Shown: positions 52,515 through 64,000 of the stretch, one piece after another
Layout of the letters: each line of letters begins with the position of its first letter
How positions within the stretch are numbered: the stretch's first letter is position 1
Source: an uncultured delta proteobacterium
GTDB lineage: Bacteria > Myxococcota_A > Polyangia > Polyangiales > Polyangiaceae
DNA: 64,000 bases
Direction: 5' to 3'
NCBI GenBank assembly: GCA_963696385.1
Contig: CAVOKF010000006.1
Span: 160,001 to 224,000 of the forward strand
Notes under the pieces: model-generated
Told to the model about the DNA's origin: nothing
Seen by the model: only the letters and a program-made list of their open reading frames with translations
The model's database searches: none
Made by a program: the position numbers and the translations under genes

Positions 52515-52730
52515 TTGGTCATGTCCCGCAGGGCGAACCCGATCTCTCGACAACTCCGTGGTGCCGGGGCTGTCGTCTTGTCATGGGTCCGCGCGAAACA
52601 AAATGTGATCGCGATGGCCAAGACTGGAGTTGGCAAAAGCTATATCGCTGCCGCCCTTGCGCAGGCGGCTTGTCGCCAAGGTTTTCGTGCGCTTTGTACA
52701 CCCGTGCCACGGCTATTGCGCGAGACGAAT
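52515..52730 (+). mobile_element. istB: IS21 helper ATPase IstB remnant
   Basis: WVRAKQNVI...TGVGKSYIAAALAQAACRQG..VPRLLRE; degenerate and truncated. Confidence 0.7.
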
Positions 52731-52764
52731 GCCGCGCCCGCCGCGACACGATCAACGCCAAGGG

Positions 52765-53814
52765 TCACCGCGGTGGTGACGGAGTTGGAGCCTGTGGTGC
52801 GCACGTCGAGACACCGGCACCGACGATGGAGTCGGGCGTGGAGGCGACCGGAACGACGGTTCCGTCGCTCGGCCGGAAGCGCGTGACGATCGTGCTGCCT
52901 GGCGGCGGATTGGTTGACGCGGTGAACGTGAAGAAGTCACCGCCCCAAAACGCAAAGGCGTAGTAGTTTCCCTGCTCAATGGGCAAGTCCGATTGCTCCA
53001 CAACCTGGGCGGTCACCTTGTCAATTTGCGCGATCGCCGACGTTGTCCCAAAGACCCCAAAAAAGGCGTACAGATTGCCGGCTCCGGTTCCCGTGAGTTC
53101 GGCGGCGGAGACGACGCCGCCACCGGCCGTTGGCGAAAACGGGCCGACGACGTGGAGCGCGAAGGTGGTGGTGTCAATCCAGGCGAGTGCGGGAGGCGTG
53201 GCGGTGCCGTCCCCCCCGCTGGCCACGAAAAGCGTTTCGTCGGTGTCGGTGGTGTCTTGGACGAAACCCATTCCGAAATTCGTGGCAAAGCCTTGCTGGT
53301 CGGCGACGAACGGCGTTGCCTTGCACGCAGCGGTCGCTGTGCTGACTTGAAAGAGCTCGCCGTCGCAGAACTCGACGTAGGCCGTTCCGGTTCGGTCCAC
53401 GGCCATCGAGAACGGTTTCGGGGCGCCGGAGTAACATTCGGTGGGTGTGCCGGTGGGGACTCCGACCGTAGGGCAGTCGATGCCCCCGATACGGGAAAAT
53501 GTCGCGCTCGGCGGGTCGAACGAGAGCAAATCGTTCGATTCACTGATGAGGTAGATGAGCGTCGAGCCAGCATCGAGGCAGATCGACAGGGGCGACGCGT
53601 CCGGCGCAACCGTCACCTCGATCGGAGGGACCGCAGCGTCCACGATCGGCGTGACGGTTAGGACCGTCCCATCAAGCGAGCCGGCGTCGATTTCGACATC
53701 GACGGAGGATGGCGCCGGAGTCACAAACTCCTCGATGGGCAGCCCGGTGCGACTGCCGCACGCCGCGAGCGCGCCCGATGACGTCAGGAGAAGGGCCCAT
53801 TCGCGTCTGCGCAT
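52765..53814 (-). CDS. Myxobacterial beta-propeller-like lipoprotein
   Basis: LAACGSRTGL lipobox; PFSMAVDR, FGMGF, ELTGTG.G.LYAF, AFAFWGGDF, IVGAGVSTCAP. Confidence 0.8.
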   Translation of the reverse strand: MRRREWALLLTSSGALAACGSRTGLPIEEFVTPAPSSVDVEIDAGSLDGTVLTVTPIVDAAVPPIEVTVAPDASPLSICLDAGSTLIYLISESNDLLSFDPPSATFSRIGGIDCPTVGVPTGTPTECYSGAPKPFSMAVDRTGTAYVEFCDGELFQVSTATAACKATPFVADQQGFATNFGMGFVQDTTDTDETLFVASGGDGTATPPALAWIDTTTFALHVVGPFSPTAGGGVVSAAELTGTGAGNLYAFFGVFGTTSAIAQIDKVTAQVVEQSDLPIEQGNYYAFAFWGGDFFTFTASTNPPPGSTIVTRFRPSDGTVVPVASTPDSIVGAGVSTCAPQAPTPSPPR

Positions 53815-53946
53815 GTGGCTCACGATGGCCCGAGCCGGTGGGCGCGACAAGTCTCGCTGGCCGGGCCATCGTGTGACGCGGCTCCCGCAAGCTTCCATGG
53901 TCCTCGCGAAAACGGCTGTCACTCGCCCGAGTGCTACCGTTGAGCC

Positions 53947-54519
53947 ATGGTGCGGATGGTGCGTCTCTCTCTCCTTCTCGCGACAGCGGGTCTCACCGTC
54001 GCCATCGTCGCGTTCCCTGGGAAGGCCGACGCCCTCGGACCGGTGGACGTCGAGATCGGCGCAAGGGCTGGCGTCACTGCGGGCCCGCTCGGTCCTCTCG
54101 GCTTCGGCATTGGAGGGCGCGGGGGCCTATCCATTCTGGGTCGTCTCTACGCCGGGATCGATGTCATCGACTATCTGGGCGCGACTGCCACGTGCGGAGG
54201 CTGCTCCTGGCCGGCGGGAGCGATGCCAGTCGAGCAGTGGCGGAGCGCGCTGCTCTACGGGTTCGAAGCCGGTTACAACTTCAAAGTTTCCCGAGTGACG
54301 ATTCGGCCCCAGCTCGGTTTGGGCGATCTGCGTCTATCGGCCTGGTATGGCGGTCCCACCGCCGGCGCCATCTCGAACTATTTCTATCTCGAGCCTGCCG
54401 TCGTCGGGCTCGTTTCCTTCGGAGTGCTCTTCGTCGGCGCCGACGTCGGCGCGCTTCTCCTGCTCACGGCGCCGAACTCTGCGTTGACGGTCCACGGCCA
54501 GATCGGTGTCATCTTCTGA
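53947..54519 (+). CDS. Small outer-membrane beta-barrel protein
   Basis: Signal peptide ending ADA, alternating amphipathic strands, C-terminal Phe. Confidence 0.75.
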   Translation: MVRMVRLSLLLATAGLTVAIVAFPGKADALGPVDVEIGARAGVTAGPLGPLGFGIGGRGGLSILGRLYAGIDVIDYLGATATCGGCSWPAGAMPVEQWRSALLYGFEAGYNFKVSRVTIRPQLGLGDLRLSAWYGGPTAGAISNYFYLEPAVVGLVSFGVLFVGADVGALLLLTAPNSALTVHGQIGVIF

Positions 54520-54694
54520 CCGCAGGCGCGCGAGTTCGTTTTTGATCGGGGGCATGCTCGACTGGCTTGTAGATCTCCAACAACACCCTCACCCGCGCGG
54601 GAAGAAGGGCTGGCTCGGCCGGATGGCGGATCACTTGCTCGAAACGTTCGGCGGATCGGTCTTCGAGGGGGCGGAGTTGCAGGAGCGGCGCCGA

Positions 54695-54937
54695 TCAGGT
54701 CGGGCCGCCGTTCGCGCACTCGGGGCAGAACCACTTGCCGCTCCCGTAGGTCGTCTGGTCGTTGCGGCCGTGGGATCGCCTCGACTGGTCGATGTCTTAG
54801 TGCCAGCCGGCCTTTTCGAACGCACGCACGGCGCGGAGCCATACGTCGAGGTCGGTCTCTCTCTTCGGGCACACCTCCGCGTCCTTGCCGCAGCGCGAAC
54901 AGACGATCCGGTAGTGGGTCGCGGGCCTGGTGGTCAT
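54695..54937 (-). pseudogene. Small zinc-ribbon protein with internal TAA (54797-54799)
   Basis: Manual translation MTTRPATHYRIVCSRCG...KAGWH*DID...KWFCPECANGGPT*; two CxxC in one frame. Confidence 0.6.
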
Positions 54938-54955
54938 CGGCACGACGGGCGTCCC

Positions 54956-55141
54956 TCACGACGGTTCGGGCGGCCAGACGATCGCGACGACGTGCTCGCC
55001 CTTCGGGTTCGTCCGGTACACGACCCGGTAGCCCGCCGGCGCTCCGTTCTTGGCGAGGGCTTCGGCGACCGCCGAGAGCACTTTCACGCCGCTGCCGGGC
55101 TGGTCTTTGACGCGGGGTTGCTCAGGGGTCCCTGCTTCCAT
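54956..55141 (-). CDS. Small hypothetical protein (61 aa)
   Basis: GGAGG RBS; upstream of the zinc-ribbon ORF. Confidence 0.5.
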   Translation of the reverse strand: MEAGTPEQPRVKDQPGSGVKVLSAVAEALAKNGAPAGYRVVYRTNPKGEHVVAIVWPPEPS

Positions 55142-55478
55142 GCCTCCGCGATATCTGACCGTCGGTTCAGTGTCAACGCGAGCGTTTTCCAGGCGTTTTC
55201 CAGGCGTTTGCCAGCGGGCCCGCTTGCTCTGACTCCAATGGCCGCGGTTGCTCATCGCTTCCGGGAGGTAACCGGACGAATTGCTCGTCGAAGTGACAGC
55301 CTTGGTCACGGCCGGCTTGGATGCCAGCGCTGGAGCGCGCGACGCGGGTGTCCGTCTTCACGATCCGGCGGTTTGTCCACGCCGACAGTCGGCCACCGAT
55401 CGGAGGCGGTCGCGCGCTCGAGCCTGCGCTGCGAGCGAAGGTGGCGGATTTATCTCCCCCCGTTTTTTTCAGCAGCTG

Positions 55479-56417
<939 letters not shown>

Positions 56418-56496
56418 CGTGCGCTGGAGTCTACGATGCCCCGAGTGCGGACCAAGTTGCACTCGGGGCGGTCGTACGCTCCCGGGTCCAGGCGGC

Positions 56497-56785
56497 ATGA
56501 AGCTCGTCGACTGCACCCTCGCGCAGCATGGAGCTGCCATCGTCGGCAATCTCAACGAGGTCATCGAGAACAGCACGGTCGTCTACGACTACGTCCCGCG
56601 GTCGCCTGCGACGATGGAGCCCTGGTTCGCGACCAAGACCGCGTCGCGCTTCCCGGTCATCGGTGCCGAAGACGGCGACGGGACCCTCCTCGGCTTTGCG
56701 ACGTACGGGTCGTTCCGCGCCTGGCCCGCGTACAAGTACACGGTCGAGAATTCGGTCTATCTTCGCCCGGAAGCACGCGGTCGCG
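56497..56785 (+). pseudogene. GNAT acetyltransferase (YncA/phosphinothricin type), truncated after RPEARGR
   Basis: LLGFATYGSFRAWPAYKYTVENSVY; homology stops at the acetyl-CoA loop. Confidence 0.8.
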
Positions 56786-56929
56786 ACGCACGTGGATTCG
56801 TCAAGACCATCAGTCGGCAACCGCGGCGTCCGGCGACGAACCGCCCCAGAAGCCGCGGCGTCCTTCCTCACGAGGAGCGCGGCGCCCTTGACCGAGGAAA
56901 ACCTCTTTTCCCCACGTAACATCGACGAC

Positions 56930-57264
56930 GGTGAGGGTCCCCCGGTACGCTCACGCCCATCTCGAGCGAGGTCGCCGAGGCGGGCTCGGGTGCTGCGAGC
57001 TCGATCGCCAGCGCAAGGGCGGTCGTCGGGCGTTCCTTCAGGGACACGCGGTCGGAAAGACGAGCGATGGCCGTTGCGAAACGCTCGGCGGTAACGCGGC
57101 ATCTTCCAATTGCTGTCCCGTGCGGGCAAAACCTCGTAGATCACGCTAGCGGGCGGCGGCTTGGCCTCCTGGAGGAGCGCGATATCGAGAGAGGCGTCGC
57201 GCGCAAGCTCGCGCCATGGCTCATCGAGCTGATGAATGTTCCAGGAGACGAGATGAAGAGTCAC
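56930..57264 (-). pseudogene. N-terminal fragment of an endonuclease/exonuclease/phosphatase family protein
   Basis: LVSWNI...LDIALLQEA, then frameshift or truncation. Confidence 0.6.
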
Positions 57265-57340
57265 GCCAACCAGCGAGAGTACGCTACGAGCGAGCAAATC
57301 GCCTCAACCGCCGACGCAAATGCCGGCAGGCACGAGCCTC

Positions 57341-58339
57341 TCAGCGCGTGACTTTCCGAGTTGGGCGACGCCGCATCCTACGCAGACCTCCGGCCGCCGA
57401 GGCCAAACCAAGCACGGCCAAAGTGGGCGAGCACGCGCCCGTCGGGCGAGGCATTCCGATCGCGCACCCACCACTCGAGCTGGACGGCGGTGCGGCCGCG
57501 GGCGAACTGACGCTGCCCGAGCCGGTCCCATTGACGGCCTGCCCCGACATTGCGGGTGTTGGACCGGGGTTTTCGACTCCGGAACCTCCGCCGGCGGGGA
57601 CGCTACCGCCGGGGAATTCGCCCGAACACCCCAGGGTTCCGCCGATCGCGAATGCGCCTTGAAACGCGAGATCCGAATTTGGTGGCGTGCAGGACATCGT
57701 GCTGCATGTGGCCGTCACCACTCCGTTGCCGTCTGGAGGGCACAGGCAGCTCCAGTTCGGAAGACAATCCGATGCCGTTTTGCACGCCGGCATCTGATTT
57801 TGCTGACACGCGCCCGCAATCCCCCAACATAGGCAGGTACTGCCCGCCTCGCAGAGCGATGGGGAAGACGGACATTCAGCCTGGTTTGCGTTGGTGCAAG
57901 GCGGCTGTGGGGGCTGCGCCGACGCGCAAGGTACGCTCACCGCTCCGGCGTCGGCGGGCACGTCCGTGTCCGTGCCGGAGCAATCGCAAGCTTCACTGGC
58001 CACGACGCACTGAAAGCCGTTGCCGCAATCGCTGTCGACGGCGCAGGGCGCTTGCCATTGAGGTACGCAGGCATTTCCGGGGATGAGTGATGCGTCAGGA
58101 CCCGGTACGCACTGAATATTTAGAAAACAGGCGAAGCCAGCGGCGCAGTCGGAGTTGCTCTGGCATCCTTCTGGTGTGCAGGTCTGGCCTCCGTCTTCAG
58201 CGGCGCCCGTACACTGAAACCCGAGCGGACAGTCCGCGTCCGTGACGCAAGGGCTGGCACCGGCACCGCGCGCCGACGCGATTGCGATGCCAAACAGCAT
58301 GGCCGCAACAACTCGGACGGGCGGCAAATTAAGGCGCAT
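57341..58339 (-). CDS. Cys-rich secreted protein with MYXO-CTERM
   Basis: Signal peptide; CxxDxDCxxGFxC repeats; SSGGCAIG...TM...RRMRRR. Confidence 0.85.
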   Translation of the reverse strand: MRLNLPPVRVVAAMLFGIAIASARGAGASPCVTDADCPLGFQCTGAAEDGGQTCTPEGCQSNSDCAAGFACFLNIQCVPGPDASLIPGNACVPQWQAPCAVDSDCGNGFQCVVASEACDCSGTDTDVPADAGAVSVPCASAQPPQPPCTNANQAECPSSPSLCEAGSTCLCWGIAGACQQNQMPACKTASDCLPNWSCLCPPDGNGVVTATCSTMSCTPPNSDLAFQGAFAIGGTLGCSGEFPGGSVPAGGGSGVENPGPTPAMSGQAVNGTGSGSVSSPAAAPPSSSSGGCAIGMPRPTGACSPTLAVLGLASAAGGLRRMRRRPTRKVTR

Positions 58340-58967
58340 GGGCTGCGATTCCGGTTACGAAGTCTGCGCTGTCGAGCAACAAGTGTACCTCACGACGGGG
58401 GCCATGGCCGGCCACTTCGGTTCGGGGCTGGTCGGCGACGCCTTGTGCGGCCAATTTGGCGGGGCCAAATAGCGGGGCCGGAGCGCGAGCGGGTGGGGGC
58501 GTCAGATCGTGACCGGTGGCTCGCCGAAGCGCAGACGCTCGAAGTCATCCCGAAGAGCCGGCTCTAATCCCCGAAGACCACGCGCCGAGCCTCGAATGTC
58601 ATCGGCTGACACGACAAGGATATGGATCCCGTGCGGCAAGAAATGTCTACGTTCAAGCTTAGCATCACGTAGAGCTTTCGAGCGTCGGGCCGCGCCAGAG
58701 ATACCCTCCTGGGTCGCGAGGATCCCAAGCTTCACCCCCTGAGGTGGACCCCTTCGTTCGGACCAAACTGGTCGGCAGTTAAGGTAGGGCCTGCTCTCGT
58801 TCTTTCTCTCGCTCGTGGGATATCTAAAGTCAAGTCGTAGTTGTTCTCGTCGTGAATTTCGTATCGGTCGTCCACATAGACTTCCACGTGTCTGGTGGCA
58901 ATTGAGGGGGGGGCGGGGGGGAGACTGGCAAGTTGTGAGCGACCCTGTGGACGACGGTGGAAAGAAT

Positions 58968-59810
58968 TCACGCAGCCTTGCCCGACCACAGTGCGTCGAA
59001 GAATGCCCTGGGTGTTTGGTAGCCGAGCGCTTGGTGCGGGCGGCTTTCGTTGTAGAACGTCATGTAGCGACCGATCCCGGCGCGCGCCTCGCGCACGTCT
59101 TCGTAGGCATGCAGGTACACCTCCTCGTATTTGACCGATCGCCAAAGCCGCTCGACGAACACGTTGTCGATGCAGCGGCCCTTGCCGTCCATGCTTATGC
59201 GAATGCCGCGTCGCCGAAGCACCTTCGTAAATGCGTCGGACGTGAATTGCGCGCCTTGGTCGGTATTGAAGATCTCGGGCGCACCGAAGTGGGCAAGTGC
59301 CTGCTCCAGGGCGTCCACGCAGAAGCCGGGATCGAGCGTGTTCGACAGGCGCCAGGCGAGAACCCGCCGCGAGTACCAGTCCAGGATCGCGACGAGGTAC
59401 ACGAAGCCGTGCGCCAGCGGCACGTACGTGATGTCGCTTGCCCACACCTGATTGATGCGGCTGATCTCGAGGCCGCGAAGGAGGTAAGGATAGATCGCGT
59501 GCTCTTGACTCGGCCGACTCGTGCGCGCCCGAGGAGCCATGGCCTCCAGCCCCATGACCCGCATCAGTCGCTGGATATGTTTTCGATTCACTTCGTGGCC
59601 TTCGCCTCGCAACGCGATTGCGAGCTTGCGGCTCCCGTAAAACGGAAACCGCAGATGGAGCTCGTCGATCCGTCGCATCAGCGCAAGCTCCTCGGGCTCG
59701 GTTGGCTCGGGCACGTAGTACAGGCCCGAGCGCGATACGCGCAAAAGCTCGCATTGTCGGCGGACCGAAACCTTGCTGTCCGGGGCCACCATCGCGCGTC
59801 GGTCCTTCAC
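58968..59810 (-). CDS. IS3 transposase OrfB (DDE integrase core)
   Basis: [34 protein letters not shown]. Confidence 0.95.
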   Translation of the reverse strand: MKDRRAMVAPDSKVSVRRQCELLRVSRSGLYYVPEPTEPEELALMRRIDELHLRFPFYGSRKLAIALRGEGHEVNRKHIQRLMRVMGLEAMAPRARTSRPSQEHAIYPYLLRGLEISRINQVWASDITYVPLAHGFVYLVAILDWYSRRVLAWRLSNTLDPGFCVDALEQALAHFGAPEIFNTDQGAQFTSDAFTKVLRRRGIRISMDGKGRCIDNVFVERLWRSVKYEEVYLHAYEDVREARAGIGRYMTFYNESRPHQALGYQTPRAFFDALWSGKAA

Positions 59811-60100
59811 CGCAGCCGCCCGAGCCCGCGCGATAAAAAATCGCGTTCAACCGTGAGCTCGCCAATCTTCTTGAGTAGCTCCGCCTCGCGCTCGCGCTCC
59901 TCGCCACCATCGCTCCTGGCCCCCTCGGATTGGAATACGCGTGCTGCGTTTTCCACGAACGTCTTCTTCCACTTGAAGATCTGCGTCGGGTGAATCCCGT
60001 ATCGACGCGCCAGCTCCGGGACCGTGGCCTCCTCCCGAATCGCCGCAAGCGCAACCTTCGCCTTGAATTCTGCCGTGTGCTTCGTGCGTGTATTTTTCAT
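59807..60100 (-). CDS. IS3 transposase OrfA (HTH)
   Basis: [32 protein letters not shown] with a T6 slippery run near the orfA/orfB junction. Confidence 0.93.
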   Translation of the reverse strand: MKNTRTKHTAEFKAKVALAAIREEATVPELARRYGIHPTQIFKWKKTFVENAARVFQSEGARSDGGEEREREAELLKKIGELTVERDFLSRGLGRLR

Positions 60101-60508
60101 TGATCCTGCTCCTCGTCATCGGGGAGCAGGCCCGTCTTTACTACCTTAAGGGGTGGTCCGAAATTTGGGGTCCACTTCACCCAGCGTGACGCATCAAGCA
60201 CCCACGTCCCAGATGACGGGCACCCCAACATGGTCCGTGTACTTGCATTCAACGAGCGCATATCCCTCCGGGAAGAACGCGTTTTCGAAGACCGTACGAG
60301 ACGAGAAGGTCGGTCAGCGACGCGGCATCCACGAGCGTGCTACGGACCTCGAAGCCGGGCGTCGCGTCGAGCACAAAGCCCGCCGCGGCCTCGAACAGCG
60401 TCCCTACCTCGGTGTTTTTCATCTTGGCAGCGTTGGTCGCCAACTCGAGCAGGCGATCGACGAAAGTCTGTCCCCTAGCCTAGGGCACACCGCCCATCTT
60501 GACCTCGA

Positions 60509-60769
60509 TCACACGCGAACGGCCTTCGATCCGGTGGGTGGCTTCGGCTTCTGCACGAGCCGACCAGGCACGCCCTTCGGCGGGATCTCGCCACGGGCAG
60601 TCGTCATGTCGCCAGTGTCGACCGTCACGTCTTCGTCCTTGTCGTTCGTGTAGCGCAACTCGAACTCGTTCCAGTCGGGGATGTCGCCGCCTTCGGGCAG
60701 CTCGATGACGATAGTCTTGTGGGTCTTGTTCGGCGTGCACCAGAGGTACTCCTTCGGAGCGGTTCCCAT
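60509..60769 (-). CDS. Small hypothetical protein (86 aa)
   Basis: ORF co-oriented downstream of the HEPN gene. Confidence 0.45.
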   Translation of the reverse strand: MGTAPKEYLWCTPNKTHKTIVIELPEGGDIPDWNEFELRYTNDKDEDVTVDTGDMTTARGEIPPKGVPGRLVQKPKPPTGSKAVRV

Positions 60770-60816
60770 CCGCGTAAGCGTCTCGCCCAAGTGTCCGCTC
60801 GTCAAGGCGCGTAGCG

Positions 60817-61953
60817 TCACGCTCCCCACCGCGATGACGACTCGTAGAACCACTCGTCGAAGGACTTCTCTTCGAGGGGCCAGTCTCGCCATATGCCGTG
60901 GGCGAAGAACGTGACCAGCACGTCTCGAAGCACCGTCAGCAGAGCAAAGCTCCGCGTGTCCTTGGGATCAAGCCCAAGAACCTTCCCCATCGCGAGCTTG
61001 AAGATGTCGGGCACGACACCCGACGTGATCGCAAGGGCGTGGCGTCGCGCCTGTTCTTCATCCAGACCCTTCAGTCGAGGGATCCTGCCCGTGTGCGTGA
61101 GCCCGTTGCGCACGGTGTTCACGAACTTCACGCGTCTGTAGACGGCGTCATGGTCCTGGCCTTCGGCGCCGCGCGGTCGAATCACGTCCAGCTCGACGAG
61201 AAGCGCGGGCAGCTTCTCGGCGAGCCCAAGAAGCCCCTCGTTGACCTTGGAGCCGAGGCGGGCCGAGAACCCTTGGCGCTCTTGCTCGGACAGGGCGACG
61301 CAACCGTTGACGGCCTCTGTGACGATTTTGAGCAGCGCCGCCTTCTTCTCGGGGTCGACGTTCGTGAGCGGTAGCTCCCAGGCGTCGAGCACGGCGTTGA
61401 GGGCGGTGTTGTAGAGCGAAGCGAAGACCTGAAGGAGATCATGGCTCGTGCCCTCGTTGTAGAGGAACAGCGCCGTCGCAAACCCCCGTTCCGCGATCAC
61501 GTTGCGGCGCGACCAGGCGATGGCCGCCGCTTCGAGGACAATCATCCTCAGGCACGCATGAGAACCCGCGGGGAGCGGCGAGAATCGGTCTAGGCTCTTC
61601 GCGGTAGAGACGCGCCGTCCCGTCAAGAAAGTGAGGATGGTGCAGAGGTCCCACGCCCCGCCGTCATCAGCCGGAGGTTTACACAGGATGCTCCGCTCGT
61701 CCGTGCCCTCATCTGGCGTGGCGATTGCCGTGACATGCCAGCCGGAACCGCTGGCCTCGCGAAACGTCGTGGTGGGCTTGCCCGTCTCAGTATCGAAGCT
61801 GTCCGTTCGACTGCCGGTGTGGGGGATTTTGCCGACCTGCGTCTCGTAGTCGTCCACAACCTTGACGACAAAGGGACCAACGCGGACATTTCCGAAGCGC
61901 TTGCCGGGATGGGTCTTGCCGAGGTCGAGGTTGTAAAGCGGAACCGGATCCAT
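60817..61953 (-). CDS. HEPN-like (ApeA-type) putative RNase
   Basis: Beta-rich N-terminal domain, helical C-terminal domain with VRNGLTHTG (RNxxxH). Confidence 0.65.
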   Translation of the reverse strand: MDPVPLYNLDLGKTHPGKRFGNVRVGPFVVKVVDDYETQVGKIPHTGSRTDSFDTETGKPTTTFREASGSGWHVTAIATPDEGTDERSILCKPPADDGGAWDLCTILTFLTGRRVSTAKSLDRFSPLPAGSHACLRMIVLEAAAIAWSRRNVIAERGFATALFLYNEGTSHDLLQVFASLYNTALNAVLDAWELPLTNVDPEKKAALLKIVTEAVNGCVALSEQERQGFSARLGSKVNEGLLGLAEKLPALLVELDVIRPRGAEGQDHDAVYRRVKFVNTVRNGLTHTGRIPRLKGLDEEQARRHALAITSGVVPDIFKLAMGKVLGLDPKDTRSFALLTVLRDVLVTFFAHGIWRDWPLEEKSFDEWFYESSSRWGA

Positions 61954-62275
61954 GCGACCGAGGCTACGCCTGTCACGGCTCCCGGTCCCGAGCTCAATGA
62001 GACCGCGATTTGCAGCAACAGCGGAGCCACTACGGGGACTATGTCGATTTTCGACGGGCTTGCCTGCCTGCCAATCGCGCCATCATCTCGTCGAGTTTGG
62101 CCGACTGTCCTTCCAAAGAGCGAGTAACCGCAAAGCGCGTTGGCCGACGAAGAGACGCCGGCTTCCGCGAGTCTTGGTGACCGATGGCCTGCGCGGCGAG
62201 GCTTACGGCCCCATCGTTTTCATCCCCCCGGGTGCTGCACGGCCTCATCCCCGAATATTTGCCGAGAACGCGCCT

Positions 62276-63292
62276 CTAGTCGTCATCGGAGCCCTGAGGG
62301 ACGGGGACGTACACCCGTCGAAGTGGGAGTAGCCCCTTGTAGCTCACGTCGAATTTCTCGTAGTGAGCGAGCACGAGGTTCACGAGTGCCTCGCCGTCGA
62401 TCAGGCGCAGGTTCGACTTGTTGCGCTCGAAGTTGCGGGCCTGGGCCGTGAAGGTGCCGAGCGTCACGAGCAGCCCGTGCTCATTGGGCCCGACCTTCCC
62501 GTAGAGCGCAGACGCTTCAGGGTCGCCGACTTCGCCCTCCGTGCTCTTGACCTGAACTTTGATAATCGGCGGCTCGAACCCCAGCTCATCGCGATGCGCG
62601 ATGATGTCCACGCCGCCGTCCGGCCCCTCGGGCGACACTCGCGTTCGGTAGCCCATTTTCTCCAGCAAGTGAGCCACGAAGTGCGCGAGCGCATGGCCCC
62701 TTCAACTTCTGGGCGAGCTTGTTTACGATGAAGTCGCGGGTCGTATCTTCGACGTCTTCGCTGACGCTTGCGACGGTCTCGTCCTCCTCGACGGGCGGCG
62801 GGTGCGGAGCTGCTCTGCCCTCGAGCATCGCGCGGAACTCCTCAGCGTAGTTCTTCACCTGGAACAAGCTCATGGCCGAGCCAATCTCGTAGAGCGCTCC
62901 TTGCGAAAACTGCGTTCGAGGCACCGACTTCAACCACTTCACCGGACGAACGTTCGGATACCCGCTCTCGAGCTGCGGGTCGTAACGGTACGAACCTTCG
63001 ACGCGACCGATGTGGATCTGGCGATCGGCCTTGGACGGGTAGACGACGACGTCGCCCGGCTCCATCTCGTGCACGAATCGGAAGAGCTGCCCTGCATTGT
63101 TCGGGACCGGCCGGGCTTTCTGTCGGGCCACGTCTTGGCAACAGCGGCCTTGAATGCCTCCCGGGACGGCTCGATCTTGCTGAGGTCCCCGAGCGCGGAC
63201 CAACCGACGGCGATGAGGTTCTTCTTCAAGAACAGGGCGTCCGCGTCGCCCGTTCGCCCCGCGTGGAGCCCCGAGATCGTCGCCTCGCTCAT
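62276..63292 (-). CDS. mrr: Mrr-family (type IV-like) restriction endonuclease with N-terminal EVE/PUA-like domain; two frameshifts
   Basis: IAVGW..LGDL / QLFRFVHEM..GDVVVYP..RPVKW / HLLEKMGY..GPDGGVDIIA..KVQVKS..RLIDG. Shifts at ~63110 and at the G4 run ~62698. Confidence 0.88.
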
Positions 63293-64000
63293 GCCGTCCA
63301 GAGTACGCGCCCTGGTGCGCCCGCGATACGTCCCAGCGGCTCGCCGTCAACCGCCGCGGCACCGAACCCAACCGAGAGTGCTGTCGTCGTCGTCCCAATC
63401 CGGAAGTACCTCGATGGTCGGCGACGCCGGCGAGCTCGCGCGGTGGCCGAATGCGACCCCATGGAGGCCCCCAAACGCGAGCCGGATCGATCCCGACCGT
63501 CATCCTCGAACGCGCCCAGGGTCACCCGACCCAGATGGCTTTCGCCGTGAAATCTTGTCGCGTGAGCGCGACGCCATACTGCGACCGCGTGAGCCATCGC
63601 TCCGGGGCGTCGTCGGAAAGCGCACGGAACGGGTTCATGCCTCGTGTACACGCGGGGACGGGGCCGATGAAGCACGTGAAACCGGGACACTGCCACGCCA
63701 ACCCACGTATGTGGTGCACTAGGCCACAAAGTAGCGCCACGAGCCACACGTAGCTTAGGATGCCACATTCATGGCTCTTCCTAAATCCGCTCTCGCACCG
63801 TCGCAAGGCTGAGCTTGCACGATTTTTCTGAGCCCGTCGGATTTTGTTGTTGCCCAGCTTGCCACTTCCGCCTGGTTTACTTTGTGCGCTCTTGGCGCCA
63901 ATGTCGGTTATCGATCGATCCAGCGGAGGCATGCCTTGAAGCGAGAGTGGTTCAGAATCGCCGCACTAGCGGTCGTAACCGGACATTTTGCGGCTCTGTC

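Larger units (their letters stand above)
58740..60179 (-). mobile_element. IS3-family insertion sequence (1440 bp)
   Basis: Imperfect IRs TGAGGTGGACCCC..CGGACCA / TGGTCCG..GGGGTCCACTTCA (TG...CA), flanked by CCC direct repeats; contains orfA and orfB. Confidence 0.95.
58502..60470 (-). pseudogene. Mrr-like PD-(D/E)XK restriction endonuclease interrupted by IS3
   Basis: Right part GTLFE..FEV..TDLLV / YALVECKYTDHVG. Rejoined across the IS it reads ..TLG|VKLGILATQEGISG..IHILVV. Also has a frameshift and a TGA at 60194. Confidence 0.7.

Noticed and set aside
63293..64000. ORFs or integrase at the window end
   Set aside because: No tyrosine or serine recombinase motifs; translations are uninformative.

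Overview
GC-rich bacterial DNA, most likely a myxobacterium (Polyangiaceae-like). This is inferred from MYXO-CTERM proteins, Cys-rich and DAG-rich lipoproteins, an ECF/anti-sigma pair and an HDOD protein. 1-12.7 kb is a nitrogen-scavenging locus: urtBA urea ABC transporter, a urease cluster ureD-ureAB-ureC-ureF-ureG that lacks ureE and looks plant/fungal-like, allophanate hydrolase, an unexplained DUF4388 + roadblock-like gene pair, and an Amt transporter without glnK. 12.8-36.5 kb holds housekeeping and envelope genes: phosphomannomutase, N-formylglutamate amidohydrolase, GT39-like glycosyltransferase, tetraheme cytochrome, CE2 esterase, REC-GGDEF/HDOD, ECF sigma, LigC plus a primase-polymerase, GtrA, RibD-like and hicBA. 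It also carries one of two copies of a 96-bp MITE-like element (the other is at 9.5 kb) and three tandem duplications at convergent gene ends. At about 36.9 kb a 3' half tRNA-Arg(TCT) att site with phased repeats marks the edge of an accessory island that runs to or past the window end. The island contains a putative nuclease, a lytic transglycosylase + WD40 lipoprotein pair, many gene fragments, IS5/IS21 remnants, an intact IS3 inside a restriction endonuclease gene, and a HEPN + Mrr-like defence cassette. Several single-base frameshifts sit in or near homopolymers and may be long-read errors. All family assignments are by motif recognition, not database search.
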